Shown here: positions 1-9,017 of the stretch, piece after piece
Numbering within the stretch: position 1 is the stretch's first letter
Layout: every line of letters begins with the position of its first letter
Assembly: GCA_964384125.1 (NCBI GenBank)
Contig: CAYLKA010000002.1
Location: 657 to 64,656, forward strand
Origin: an uncultured Gammaproteobacteria bacterium
Lineage (GTDB): Bacteria > Pseudomonadota > Gammaproteobacteria > Steroidobacterales > Rariloculaceae
Reading direction: 5' to 3'
Length of the DNA stretch: 64,000 nucleotides
Program-made: the position numbers and the translations under genes
The notes under the pieces: model-generated
What the model was told of the DNA's origin: nothing
The model's input: the letters and a program-made list of their open reading frames with translations, nothing else
Databases searched by the model: none

Positions 1-338
1 GGAAAATCTGCGATTCGCTGAGTTACCCAATCACGTGCCAGGAATCGACCCACAAGAAAGGCAGCAGCTGCCCCCGTGAGGCTGGCCACTGAGACGAGTA
101 TTACTCCAATGGGGACCCCGAAGATGAATCCCGCGGCTAGCGTAAGAATCGCGCTCGGAATGACCAGGACGGCGGCTACCGTGTAAGCAGCGATATAGAT
201 CAGCCAGGCCAAGGTTCGATGTGACTCTATCCATGCGATGCTTACCGATAGCCACTCCCTAACTGGAAGTGTCGCAACCGCCACTAGCATTCCAGCAATG
301 AATACGATCAGGAGGATCGGTTTTATTTTGCTGCTCAT
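1..338 (-). CDS. TVP38/TMEM64 (DedA-related) family membrane protein, N-terminal part; the 3' end lies beyond the window edge
   Basis: Absent from the ORF track because it runs off the edge. Reverse-strand translation from ATG 338-336 gives MSSKIKPILLIVFIAGMLVAVATLPVREWLSVSIAWIESHRTLAWLIYIAAYTVAAVLVIPSAILTLAAGFIFGVPIGVILVSVASLTGAAAAFLVGRFLARDWV, the typical start of this family. The ATG overlaps the TGA of the upstream gene (ATGA at 335-338). Confidence 0.7.
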   Translation of the reverse strand, partial: MSSKIKPILLIVFIAGMLVAVATLPVREWLSVSIAWIESHRTLAWLIYIAAYTVAAVLVIPSAILTLAAGFIFGVPIGVILVSVASLTGAAAAFLVGRFLARDWVTQRIADF

Positions 339-1042
339 GTTTTTCTTTGCATTCCTTCACGGTCTTTGGTTTGCAGCGTATCGGCTCGTGAAGTTAACCA
401 CTCCGTCAGATTTCTCCGTGTTGGCCGAGCGTCGTTCAGCAGTTCGTTTCGGACGGCGAGCAGGTCGTCCAGGTTGTCGATATCGGAACGGACCGCCAAC
501 CGAGCGATGGCCCATTCCGATCGCTCGCAGGCGGAACAAAGGTCCTCGAGCAGGTGGCTCGTGCTCCATCGAAGGTTGCGCAGTTCAGGCCATGCTCGGT
601 GAGCGCCCATGAGTACTACTCCTCCATCCCGGGCCGGGCCCACTACGGCATCGTATTCATCGAGATGTGCCGCAGCCTCTCTGAGATACTCAGAGTCCAA
701 CCCCGGACAATCCGAACCAATGAAGATAATTTTTGTCAGTCCTGTGGAGCGAAGTTGTGCATCCACGAAATTTATGCGCTCACCGAGGTTGGTTCCCCTC
801 TGAGGCATTATTCTTGCCGTGCTGCTGATTCGAGAATCAAGCCAGGCCGCATCGTCGGGCTCTGCCGGTGAGAACCAGGCGAGTCCCTGCCAGTCTTCCA
901 TATCTTGAAGCGCACACTCACATAGGAGCCCAGCCACCGCGGTTGCCGATTTCCCGATCTCCGCCGCGAGGCGTCGCTTGGCATTGTGAGGTGCCTTCAG
1001 AAATAGCACTAGGCTCACATCTGCTACTGGGTCTTTTGTCAT
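335..1042 (-). CDS. DUF2064 family protein (TIGR04282-like, GT-A type fold)
   Basis: 235-aa ORF. The blocks VSLVLFLKAP..KRRLA, IIFIGSDCPGLD, AVVGPARDGGVVLMG and the terminal D.DNLDDL match the DUF2064 pattern as I remember it. Confidence 0.65.
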   Translation of the reverse strand: MTKDPVADVSLVLFLKAPHNAKRRLAAEIGKSATAVAGLLCECALQDMEDWQGLAWFSPAEPDDAAWLDSRISSTARIMPQRGTNLGERINFVDAQLRSTGLTKIIFIGSDCPGLDSEYLREAAAHLDEYDAVVGPARDGGVVLMGAHRAWPELRNLRWSTSHLLEDLCSACERSEWAIARLAVRSDIDNLDDLLAVRNELLNDARPTRRNLTEWLTSRADTLQTKDREGMQRKT

Positions 1043-1265
1043 GCAGTAAAAACCGATGTAGTTGTCGCCATCTTACCCCCCGGGCCGGCATTCAGCCGGT
1101 CGTTCTACCCTCGTGACGGGGCCCTTTATGTTAAATCGACTGACAGTGTAGATAATGCGTCTTAGACCTTGGTATTTAACCGAGTGAGGCGACAGGCTGA
1201 TCGCTAGAGTGCGTGGATCGTTTTGCTATAGTGCGCCACTTCCAGCGTTGGGGCAGGCAGAAGAG

Positions 1266-1586
1266 ATGGTGAAATTGGTAGTTACCGACCGAGCGGGTCG
1301 GACGGTTGAGGTAGGCGGCCATGCCGATATCTCGGTGATGGAGAACATTCGTGATCTGAACGATAGTGTGGATGCTATTTGCGGTGGGCTATGTTCCTGC
1401 GCCACCTGTCATGTCCTCATCGATCCTAGTTGGATTGAGAAACTGCCGCCGAGAGGTGAGGAAGAGGCGATTCTCGTTGGGGATTCTGCCAACTACGACC
1501 ACGAACGTTCTCGGCTAAGCTGCCAGATTAGGTTGACTGAGGATCTCGATGGACTGACTCTCACAGTTGCGCCGGAGGAATTTTAA
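1266..1586 (+). CDS. 2Fe-2S ferredoxin, adrenodoxin/putidaredoxin type
   Basis: Cys pattern CGGLCSCATCHV ... SCQ (C-x5-C-x2-C ... C) and overall length fit the family. Start moved from the ORF-track 1209 to ATG 1266 (MVKLVVTDRAG), which follows a purine-rich stretch. Confidence 0.85.
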   Translation: MVKLVVTDRAGRTVEVGGHADISVMENIRDLNDSVDAICGGLCSCATCHVLIDPSWIEKLPPRGEEEAILVGDSANYDHERSRLSCQIRLTEDLDGLTLTVAPEEF

Positions 1587-1678
1587 TTCCGGGAGTGAAG
1601 CAGAAAGAATAGCCTTCCCGCGCCGTACTACCCTATAAGCCCGCCTCGCAAGGCCAACAAAGCCGAATAGGACATGGT

Positions 1679-3409
1679 ATGTTCGACGTAACAAACTCAG
1701 TCCACAAGACGGGGGTATTCAGCGTGATTACATCTCGATTTCGGACGCTAGGGCTGCTCACCGCAATCCTTCCGTGGGCCCTAGGCTGCTCCCCGGGTGA
1801 TTCAGCACCCGAGGGCGACCCACTGGCCGTGCTGGTTGAGTCTACTGGGACCTACACCCGGCCGATATCCACCGACTCGTCGCTAGCGCAGGAGTTCTTC
1901 GATCAAGGATTGAGGCTGACGATGGGTTACCACTTCCCAGAGTCCGTCGCCTCCCACCAAGAGGCACTGCGCCATGATCCCGACCACCCGATGATCTATT
2001 GGGGGCTCGCGCTGGCGCTCGGACCTGTACCTAATAGTCGGAGCGCGGGGCTCCCGGACGATCCCCAGGGTGAGGCACGGGAGGCTATCGAGCAGGCGAT
2101 GGAATTCATTGGCAACGGTACTGAGGTCGAGCAGGCGTTCGTCCGAGCCTTATATATTCGTTTCGATTCTGATACGTACCCGGATCGCGATGCCCGTGAT
2201 CAAGCGTATTTGGCCGCAGCCGGGAACTTGTTCGAGACATACCCGGACGACCCCGAGGCGGGCATGCTACTAGGGGACGCCTACATGATTACTCGCCCCG
2301 GGCGTTACTACTGGGACGAGGACGGCAACGCATTGCCTGGGACTGCGGAGGCGTCAGCTGCGCTCGAGCGAGTCATGGAGTTGCGCCCCGACCACCCCGG
2401 CGCTAACCACCTTTATATTCATCTGTATGAGGCCTCGAACGTGCCGGACCAGGCGCTTCCCTCCGCCGATCGTCTGGCGGCGCTTATGCCGGGCGTCGGT
2501 CACGTCGTGCATATGCCCGGCCACGTTTACCTGCGCGTCGGCGATCACACCAAGAACATCGACCATAACCAGCGTTCGGCCGATGTGGATGGCGACTTCC
2601 TGGAACTCTGGGGCGACACGCCGTTTCCCACGACCAGTACCTACGCTCTGTCGGCACAGAACCATCGTCGGCATTCTTACGACTTCGTCCGGTATTCCGC
2701 GGCGGTCCAGGGCAGGTACTTGCGGGCCGTCGAGGCGGCGACGCAAGCCCGTAATAATGAGACCGAGCTTCGGCGTCAGCGAGGTCAGGCCGACAAGACC
2801 TTTGCGTCGCGCTGGTTGGTGCAGAAGCAGTTCGGCCGCTGGCAGGCGCTCCTTGATGAGGAGCGAGTGATGGAAGGATCGCTGTACGTGGATGGAATGT
2901 GGCACTACACCCAGGGGAGCGCTCGAGTGGCACTCGGTAACTTCGATGCCGCCCAAGATGATCTCGACGGGCTGAGAGCCATCGCTGCAGACCCGGAGTC
3001 CGCAACCATACGGCGTAACGCGACGCCGGTATCGACTTTGATGGAGTTGGCCGCTCTAGCGCTTGACGGTGAGATGAGAGAGGCCAAGGGTGACTTGAAT
3101 GGCGCCATCGCCGCATACGCTGCGGCAGTCGCCCTTGAGGATGGCTTCGGGTACACGGAGCCGCCTGACTGGCCGCAGCCTATGCGGCACTACCTGGGCG
3201 CCGCGTTGTTGGAGGCCGATAGAGCGCGGGACGCCGAAAGGGCCTACCGTCGGGATATGCAGGCCAATCCGAATAACGGCTGGGCGCTATTCGGACTCTG
3301 GCAGAGTCTTCAGGCGCAGGGTAGGGACGCAGAAGCCGTGGAGGTATACCAGGCCTTTGAGGCGGCGTGGCAATACGCTGACGTGGAGCTTTCTCGCTCT
3401 CGATTCTGA
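1679..3409 (+). CDS. TPR-repeat lipoprotein of unknown function
   Basis: 576-aa ORF with a lipobox-like LPWALGC near the N-terminus. An alternative GTG start at 1724 gives a shorter signal peptide. TPR-like helical repeats are present, e.g. AERAYRRDMQANPNNGWALFGLWQSLQAQGRDAEAVEVYQAF. Confidence 0.6.
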   Translation: MFDVTNSVHKTGVFSVITSRFRTLGLLTAILPWALGCSPGDSAPEGDPLAVLVESTGTYTRPISTDSSLAQEFFDQGLRLTMGYHFPESVASHQEALRHDPDHPMIYWGLALALGPVPNSRSAGLPDDPQGEAREAIEQAMEFIGNGTEVEQAFVRALYIRFDSDTYPDRDARDQAYLAAAGNLFETYPDDPEAGMLLGDAYMITRPGRYYWDEDGNALPGTAEASAALERVMELRPDHPGANHLYIHLYEASNVPDQALPSADRLAALMPGVGHVVHMPGHVYLRVGDHTKNIDHNQRSADVDGDFLELWGDTPFPTTSTYALSAQNHRRHSYDFVRYSAAVQGRYLRAVEAATQARNNETELRRQRGQADKTFASRWLVQKQFGRWQALLDEERVMEGSLYVDGMWHYTQGSARVALGNFDAAQDDLDGLRAIAADPESATIRRNATPVSTLMELAALALDGEMREAKGDLNGAIAAYAAAVALEDGFGYTEPPDWPQPMRHYLGAALLEADRARDAERAYRRDMQANPNNGWALFGLWQSLQAQGRDAEAVEVYQAFEAAWQYADVELSRSRF

Positions 3410-3428
3410 GCGCGACTCTACTTTTGCC

Positions 3429-4613
3429 TCAGTCGAGGACGGTCGCGACCGCCGCCGATGCGCGTTTCGCCTTAGTTAGAGCTTCATCGAGGGTCTCGCC
3501 TCGGGCGAGGGCTACGCCCATTCTGCGATGCCCCCGAACCTCCGGTTTGCCGAACAGACGAATCTGTGTGTCGGGCTCCTTCAGCGCGGTGTCTAGATCT
3601 TTGAAGCGCACGGAATCGGAGTTTCCCTCTACCAGGACGACACTCGAGGCGGAGGGTCCATGACTGCGCACGTTCGGGATTGGTAGGCCGAGTATGGCGC
3701 GTGCATGCAGTGCAAATTGGGACAGGTCCTGGGAGATCATGGTGACCATACCTGTATCGTGGGGGCGCGGGGAGACCTCGCTGAATATCACCTCGTCCCC
3801 ACGAATGAATAGCTCAACCCCGAAAATACCTCGGCCACCGAGTGCGCCGGTTATGGTCTCGGCCACCGTCCTTGCGCCATTAAGTGCTGCGTCACTCATC
3901 GGTTGCGGTTGCCAAGATTGTCGGTAGTCGCCCTCTACCTGCACGTGACCGATTGGATCCAGAAATGACACGCCGCCGACGTGGCGTACCGTAAGCTGCG
4001 TGATCTCGTAGTCGAAATCGACGAAGCCCTCGACGATGACTTTACCTGCACCTGTGCGGCCGCCTTCCTGGGCATAGTTCCACGCGGCGTCGATTTCGGA
4101 GGGGGAGCTGACGGTGCTCTGGCCTTTGCCGGACGAGCTCATGATTGGTTTTACGACACAGGGTAATCCGATCTCTCCCACGGCTTCATCGAACTCGGCG
4201 CGTGTACCGGCGAATCGATACGGCGATGTAGGTATACCGAGCTCCTCAGCTGCTAACCGCCTAATACCTTCACGATTCATCGTGAGTTGCACGGCGCGGG
4301 CCGTAGGGATAACGGTATAGCCCTCTTGCTCCAGTGAGACCAATTCGTCGGTCGCTATAGCTTCGATTTCAGGCACGATCAGATGGGGCTTCTCGGATTC
4401 GATAATGGCCCTAAGCGCTTGGCCATCGAGCATGTTGACTGCGTGGCTCCGATGCGCGACTTGCATCGCTGGAGAGTTCTCGTAACGATCGCAGACGATG
4501 ACCTCGACGCCGAGTCTTTGAAGCTCGATCACGACTTCTTTACCGAGCTCCCCGCCGCCGCACAGCAGGACGCGGGTTGCCGTGCCAGTGTAGGGGGTGC
4601 CGATCGACGTCAT
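3429..4613 (-). CDS. purT: Formate-dependent phosphoribosylglycinamide formyltransferase (GAR transformylase 2)
   Basis: End-to-end PurT-like sequence ([14 protein letters not shown]..., ATP-grasp core [25 protein letters not shown], ...RRMGVALA). Start set at ATG 4613 ([10 protein letters not shown]) rather than the ORF-track 4643. Confidence 0.9.
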   Translation of the reverse strand: MTSIGTPYTGTATRVLLCGGGELGKEVVIELQRLGVEVIVCDRYENSPAMQVAHRSHAVNMLDGQALRAIIESEKPHLIVPEIEAIATDELVSLEQEGYTVIPTARAVQLTMNREGIRRLAAEELGIPTSPYRFAGTRAEFDEAVGEIGLPCVVKPIMSSSGKGQSTVSSPSEIDAAWNYAQEGGRTGAGKVIVEGFVDFDYEITQLTVRHVGGVSFLDPIGHVQVEGDYRQSWQPQPMSDAALNGARTVAETITGALGGRGIFGVELFIRGDEVIFSEVSPRPHDTGMVTMISQDLSQFALHARAILGLPIPNVRSHGPSASSVVLVEGNSDSVRFKDLDTALKEPDTQIRLFGKPEVRGHRRMGVALARGETLDEALTKAKRASAAVATVLD

Positions 4614-4929
4614 TCGGTCAAACTCCGGCGGGCCCCAGCCCACTGAAGGTTCTGGCCGTCAGTAAGCCATAGCTGAAAGCTCGAAAAGCCCGTTGGCGAC
4701 GCTGTCCCAGAGATGCCGAAACCGATTGGTCTTTGGGATGATAAGGGTGGGGGATGGTAACTATGGTTCGATACCTTTTTCTCGCGGCCAGGGCGTCTCG
4801 ATGATAGCTTGCTAGGATGGCCGGCTGAAAGTGTTCTGTGCCTTCCTAGTGGACACCTGACCCCTTCGGGTCCGCGGCGTCCCTTATTTGCTGCGGTCAT
4901 GCTCAGGTTCGACACGCTGAACTTAAGTC

Positions 4930-5691
4930 CTAGAACCGCATGGCTCCGTCTATCTCGAGCACACGCCCATCTATGTAGTCGTTCTCCAGCAGAAAGACTG
5001 CGGTGTGAGCGATCTCTTCCGGTTCACACAGTCGGCCCACTGGAATCGTAGCTGAAATCTTTTCGAGCATTTCGGGTTTCATGCCAGCTACCATCTCAGT
5101 TCTCACCATCCCCGGTGCGATGGCGTTGACACGTATGCGATGCCTGGCGAGTTCTCTGGCCCAGACGACGGTAAGCGCGGCGACGCCGGCTTTTGCAGCC
5201 GAGTAATTGCTCTGACCGAAGTTGCCGGCTCGGGAGATGCTCGACATATTGATGATACATCCGCCCGACCCCAGTCGGATCATGTGTGCCGCCGCCTCTC
5301 GTCCGCAGAGGAAGACACCGGTCAGATTGACATCGATCACGGACTGCCACTCGTCCAGACTTAACTTATCGATAACTTCGTCATTTTTGACCTTCACCAG
5401 AAGGCCATCGCGCAGGATCCCTGCGTTGTTGATCAAGGCATCAAGACGCCCGAAGTCACTGACGACTTTCTCGAAGAACGCTACTACGTCCTCCTCTCGT
5501 GCAACGTCGGCCACGTAACTCTTAACCTGTGCGCCAAGGTCTTCGCACTTGGCACGGGTCGGTTCGAGACTGGTTGCATCAAGATCAACCAGTGCGAGAG
5601 TGGCCCCGCGGGTCGCTAACTCCGTCGCGACTGCAGCTCCGAGGCCCCGTGCGGCGCCGGTTATGATTACGGTCCTGTTTTCGAGATCCAT
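4930..5691 (-). CDS. SDR family oxidoreductase (3-oxoacyl-ACP reductase-like)
   Basis: Has TGAARGLGAAV (TGxxxGxG), NNAG and a YSAAK catalytic motif. Start trimmed to ATG 5691 (MDLENRTVIITGAARG), because the 96-aa N-terminal extension in the ORF track has no SDR counterpart. Confidence 0.85.
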   Translation of the reverse strand: MDLENRTVIITGAARGLGAAVATELATRGATLALVDLDATSLEPTRAKCEDLGAQVKSYVADVAREEDVVAFFEKVVSDFGRLDALINNAGILRDGLLVKVKNDEVIDKLSLDEWQSVIDVNLTGVFLCGREAAAHMIRLGSGGCIINMSSISRAGNFGQSNYSAAKAGVAALTVVWARELARHRIRVNAIAPGMVRTEMVAGMKPEMLEKISATIPVGRLCEPEEIAHTAVFLLENDYIDGRVLEIDGAMRF

Positions 5692-5863
5692 GCGTAGATT
5701 ACCCTCGATTCCGAGAAGCGGAGAATGCTCGTGCGGCGCGGAAAGCTTAGCGGTGGTGGCACGTTTTGACCAGGAGCGTTGACCCGCTATCAGAAGCAGT
5801 AGACCCACCCGAGTCCGTGGTATGCTCGCGGCCCCCCGTTGCGCAGTGTTGACCGCGGAGCCA

Positions 5864-6253
5864 ATGAGCTCATCAAGGTATTTCGATCGGATTGCTATTG
5901 CGCTTTCCGCCATCTGTATCGTGCATTGTTTAGGTGTCACGCTGCTCCTCGCGCTCCTACCTCTGGCGGCTGTCGCCATCGGAGGCCACTTTCACGGGCT
6001 CATGTTGTGGCTTGTTATTCCCACGAGCGCGATAGGTTTCTACCTCGGTCATCGAGAGCATCGCCGAGTACGCATCGGAACGCTGGGAGTGTTCGGCGTA
6101 GCCTTGATCACCGGGGCGGCTCTCTGGGGGCATGGGCAATGGCCCAGTTGGGCGGAATCCGGTTTGACGCTTTTCGGCAGCTTGGTGCTGGTAGGTGCTC
6201 ACTGGATTAACTTCCAGGAGGTCCGTCGGGTCCACGTTCATGTTCACCGCTGA
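5864..6253 (+). CDS. MerC-domain membrane protein
   Basis: Small 4-TM protein with an N-terminal IVHCLGVTLL cysteine-containing helix and HREH, typical of MerC-family proteins. Start set at ATG 5864 (MSSSRYFDR). Confidence 0.6.
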   Translation: MSSSRYFDRIAIALSAICIVHCLGVTLLLALLPLAAVAIGGHFHGLMLWLVIPTSAIGFYLGHREHRRVRIGTLGVFGVALITGAALWGHGQWPSWAESGLTLFGSLVLVGAHWINFQEVRRVHVHVHR

Positions 6254-6262
6254 GCCTCTACT

Positions 6263-7768
6263 TCAGTCGCTGGACAATTTCCCCGAGCGCCTAATCCCCC
6301 CGGCCTCTATTTCCAGAGCCCGATTAAATTGTGCGGTGTTGCGGTGCAGATGGGTCGCGCAGATCAACTGAGTCCCCCGGGCGATGATCTGGTCGAGCTC
6401 GCGGGTCACGAGCTCTAGGTTCGCAGGGTCTAGCCCCTCCCACGGTTCGTCGAGTAGCAGGACCTTCGGTTTGTGCACGACGGCCCTGGCGATTAGGACG
6501 CGTCGGAACTGCCCGTAGGAGAGGGTTTTGACGTTGCGGTCGGCCAGATCGGCCAACTCGAACTGCCCGAGCAACTCTTCCACTAGCGCAGACTCTGTGG
6601 ACGCCAGCCTGCGAGTTTGTCCGATACTGGAGTCGAACCCTGAGCTGATGCACTGGCGTGCAGTCGAAGGATACCAATAGCCGGCCTGCAGCTCCGGTGA
6701 GACCCAGGCGATTTGCTGTCGCAGCGTCCAAATATTCTCCGGATCCTCTATTCCCGGGAACCGAATAGAACCTCCGACCGCCGGTCGAAGTTGTCCGTGA
6801 AGCAATCTGAGAAAGGTGCTCTTACCCGAACCATTCGGACCCGTAATCTGCCAGTGCTCACCATCTAAGAGCCGCCATGTGATGTCGGTGAGCGCGCGAC
6901 GTTCATCCAGCCAAATATCAGCATTTTCAACGCTGATGATCGTCGCCGAGTCCGGCGAATTTTCCGTCAAAGCTATGGGTAACGATTCAATCATTGGGGT
7001 TGCTATGTCGGCGTCAACCGGAGCACTTCGGTTGAGGATGCCCGATTCGACCACGTGGCCTCCATCGAGTCTTAGAATTCTGTTGATGGCGTTCGGTAAG
7101 TCCTTTGTCTCGTGGTAAGAGCAAAGTACGGTCACGTTCTTGGCGATCTGATTGATCATCTCGTTCAAGAGTCGCCGTGCCTTTTCATCCAGACCCGCAG
7201 CCGGTTCGTCCAGGAGGAGGATTCTGGGCTCGAAACCGAGAGCTCGAGCAACCAACACTCGGCGCTGTTCTCCGCGGGATAACTCCAGAAACGGTCGTTC
7301 AGCCAGATGCGACAGCCCCAGGTGTCTGAGGATCTCGCGCGCTCGGACCCGCTCCGTAGCATCGGCTTCGCGGCGCGGAACGTCGGTCTTGAAGATTCCC
7401 GATAGCACAACGTCTGTGGCGTCAAAGTTCCAGCCGAGTTGCGTGTAGCGGTCCTGTAACTCGTGACCGACAAGTGTGATACGGCTGAGCGCCTTGACGG
7501 CGTCGATTTGCAGGTCGCCACCGAAATCGTAGCGGCGGGTACCGCTCTGTGGTGCAGGCCAGAGATTCCCGGCAATCAACCTCAGCAAGCTAGTCTTGCC
7601 ACTGCCATTGGCGCCCACGACCGCCCAGTGCTCACCGGGGAGCAATTCCCAGGTGAGGTTATGAAGCACCGTGCGCCCGAGCAGCGTAACGTCCACCTTG
7701 TTCAGGAGGACGATCGGCCGGTCATTGGGGGCGTCTAGCGCGGAATCGCCGGAGCTTGGATCGGTCAT
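6263..7768 (-). CDS. ABC-type ATPase with two nucleotide-binding domains and no membrane domain (ModF-like)
   Basis: Two Walker A sites (GANGSGKTS, GPNGSGKST), two signature motifs (LSRGEQRR, LSYGQFRR) and two Walker B sites (LLLDEP twice). Start set at ATG 7768 (MTDPSSGD). Confidence 0.8.
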   Translation of the reverse strand: MTDPSSGDSALDAPNDRPIVLLNKVDVTLLGRTVLHNLTWELLPGEHWAVVGANGSGKTSLLRLIAGNLWPAPQSGTRRYDFGGDLQIDAVKALSRITLVGHELQDRYTQLGWNFDATDVVLSGIFKTDVPRREADATERVRAREILRHLGLSHLAERPFLELSRGEQRRVLVARALGFEPRILLLDEPAAGLDEKARRLLNEMINQIAKNVTVLCSYHETKDLPNAINRILRLDGGHVVESGILNRSAPVDADIATPMIESLPIALTENSPDSATIISVENADIWLDERRALTDITWRLLDGEHWQITGPNGSGKSTFLRLLHGQLRPAVGGSIRFPGIEDPENIWTLRQQIAWVSPELQAGYWYPSTARQCISSGFDSSIGQTRRLASTESALVEELLGQFELADLADRNVKTLSYGQFRRVLIARAVVHKPKVLLLDEPWEGLDPANLELVTRELDQIIARGTQLICATHLHRNTAQFNRALEIEAGGIRRSGKLSSD

Positions 7769-7863
7769 CGCGACGATTATACCGATCGACTGGATCCCCC
7801 AGGTTACGGGGTAGTGATTGTCAATGAGTCGAAAGGTAGCTCGTATTGTGGGCCGCAGCCCTG

Positions 7864-8844
7864 TCAAACTATTAAGGGATTACCGTCCTCATCGCAAGGA
7901 TGTACTTCGACCACGATGTGCATCACGCCCATTCCCGGTGGCACCAGTCGCTTGTAGTGATCCGGGGGTTTGGGGTGGTGGGTCACCAACGAGACGATCA
8001 CCGAGTATATGTTGGGCCCTAATGCCCAGACGTGCAGATCGGAGATCCGGTTGCCGTCTTCAGCCTCGATCCTTTCTTTTATGACTTTGCGGACATCCTC
8101 AGGCCCCTCGTGATCTAGTAGGACCGTCGACGTAGTTTTGAGGAGGCCCAGCGACCACCGAGCGACCAGCAACGCTCCGACGATTCCCATCAGGGGGTCG
8201 GCCCAGATGAAACCGAAGTACTTGGCGCCGAGCAGGGCGAAGATCGCGAGCAGGGACGTTAGCGCGTCCGCTAAGACGTGCAGATAGGCCGAGACGAGAT
8301 TGTGATCGTGATGATGGTGATGGCCATGGTCGTGGTTATGGGTGTCGAGTTGGTCTGGCAGATCTTTCGCTTGCTCGGGATGGTGGTGGTGTTGACCGAG
8401 GATTAAGACCGAAGCGCCGTTGACGATGAGTCCCAGCACGGCAACGAAAATGGCCTGATTGAACGCGATCTGCACAGGCGAGATGAGGCGGTCGACGCTT
8501 TCCCAGGCCATTACCAGCGCAAATCCGGCGAGTAGCACGGCTCCGGTATAGCCGCCTAGGGTGTTGACCTTTCCGGTCCCAAAGCTGAAATGCTCGTTGT
8601 GAGCATGTCGGCGGGCATAAATATAGGCGAAGGCATTAATGCTTAGCGCAGCTGTGTGCGATGCCATGTGTAGACCATCCGCCAACAGCGCCATGGACCC
8701 AAAAGCGATCCCTGCAGTGATTTCGACCACCATCATGGTGGTGGTAACAGCGATCACGATTAGTGTGCGCGTCTCTCCAGGCCGCTTTAAATGCTGACCA
8801 AACGTGTGAGAGTGTTGCCAGAGATGGATTTTGTCTTCGTGCAT
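7864..8844 (-). CDS. dmeF: Cation diffusion facilitator family metal exporter, DmeF-like (Co/Ni/Zn)
   Basis: N-terminal H.W.HSHTFGQ followed by MMVVEITAGIAFGSMALLADGLHMASH (CDF TM2 motif). There is a long His-rich cytoplasmic loop, HHHHPEQAKDLPDQLDTHNHDHGHHHHHDHN, and a C-terminal cytoplasmic domain. The symbol is a best guess. Confidence 0.75.
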   Translation of the reverse strand: MHEDKIHLWQHSHTFGQHLKRPGETRTLIVIAVTTTMMVVEITAGIAFGSMALLADGLHMASHTAALSINAFAYIYARRHAHNEHFSFGTGKVNTLGGYTGAVLLAGFALVMAWESVDRLISPVQIAFNQAIFVAVLGLIVNGASVLILGQHHHHPEQAKDLPDQLDTHNHDHGHHHHHDHNLVSAYLHVLADALTSLLAIFALLGAKYFGFIWADPLMGIVGALLVARWSLGLLKTTSTVLLDHEGPEDVRKVIKERIEAEDGNRISDLHVWALGPNIYSVIVSLVTHHPKPPDHYKRLVPPGMGVMHIVVEVHPCDEDGNPLIV

Positions 8845-9017
8845 CGTGGTAAGCGCCCCCGGTTCGGAGCGTTGTTGTCAATACTAGCCCGAGGAGAGCG
8901 TTCGCGCACTACAGAAGGTTGCTCTACTGCTACACAGATCCTGGATGCATCCCTCAAGGCTAATATCCTGGGAGATCACAGGACGCCTTTCCCTATGTTT
9001 CTCATCGGTTCGGTTGT

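Noticed and set aside
4614-4929. ZTP/purine-type riboswitch in the purT leader of about 300 nt.
   Set aside because: I could not find the ZTP core (GGGTCGTGAC...CCGCCTGGGC-like elements) on the minus strand. Only a weak GACCC-N4-GGGTC hairpin is present.
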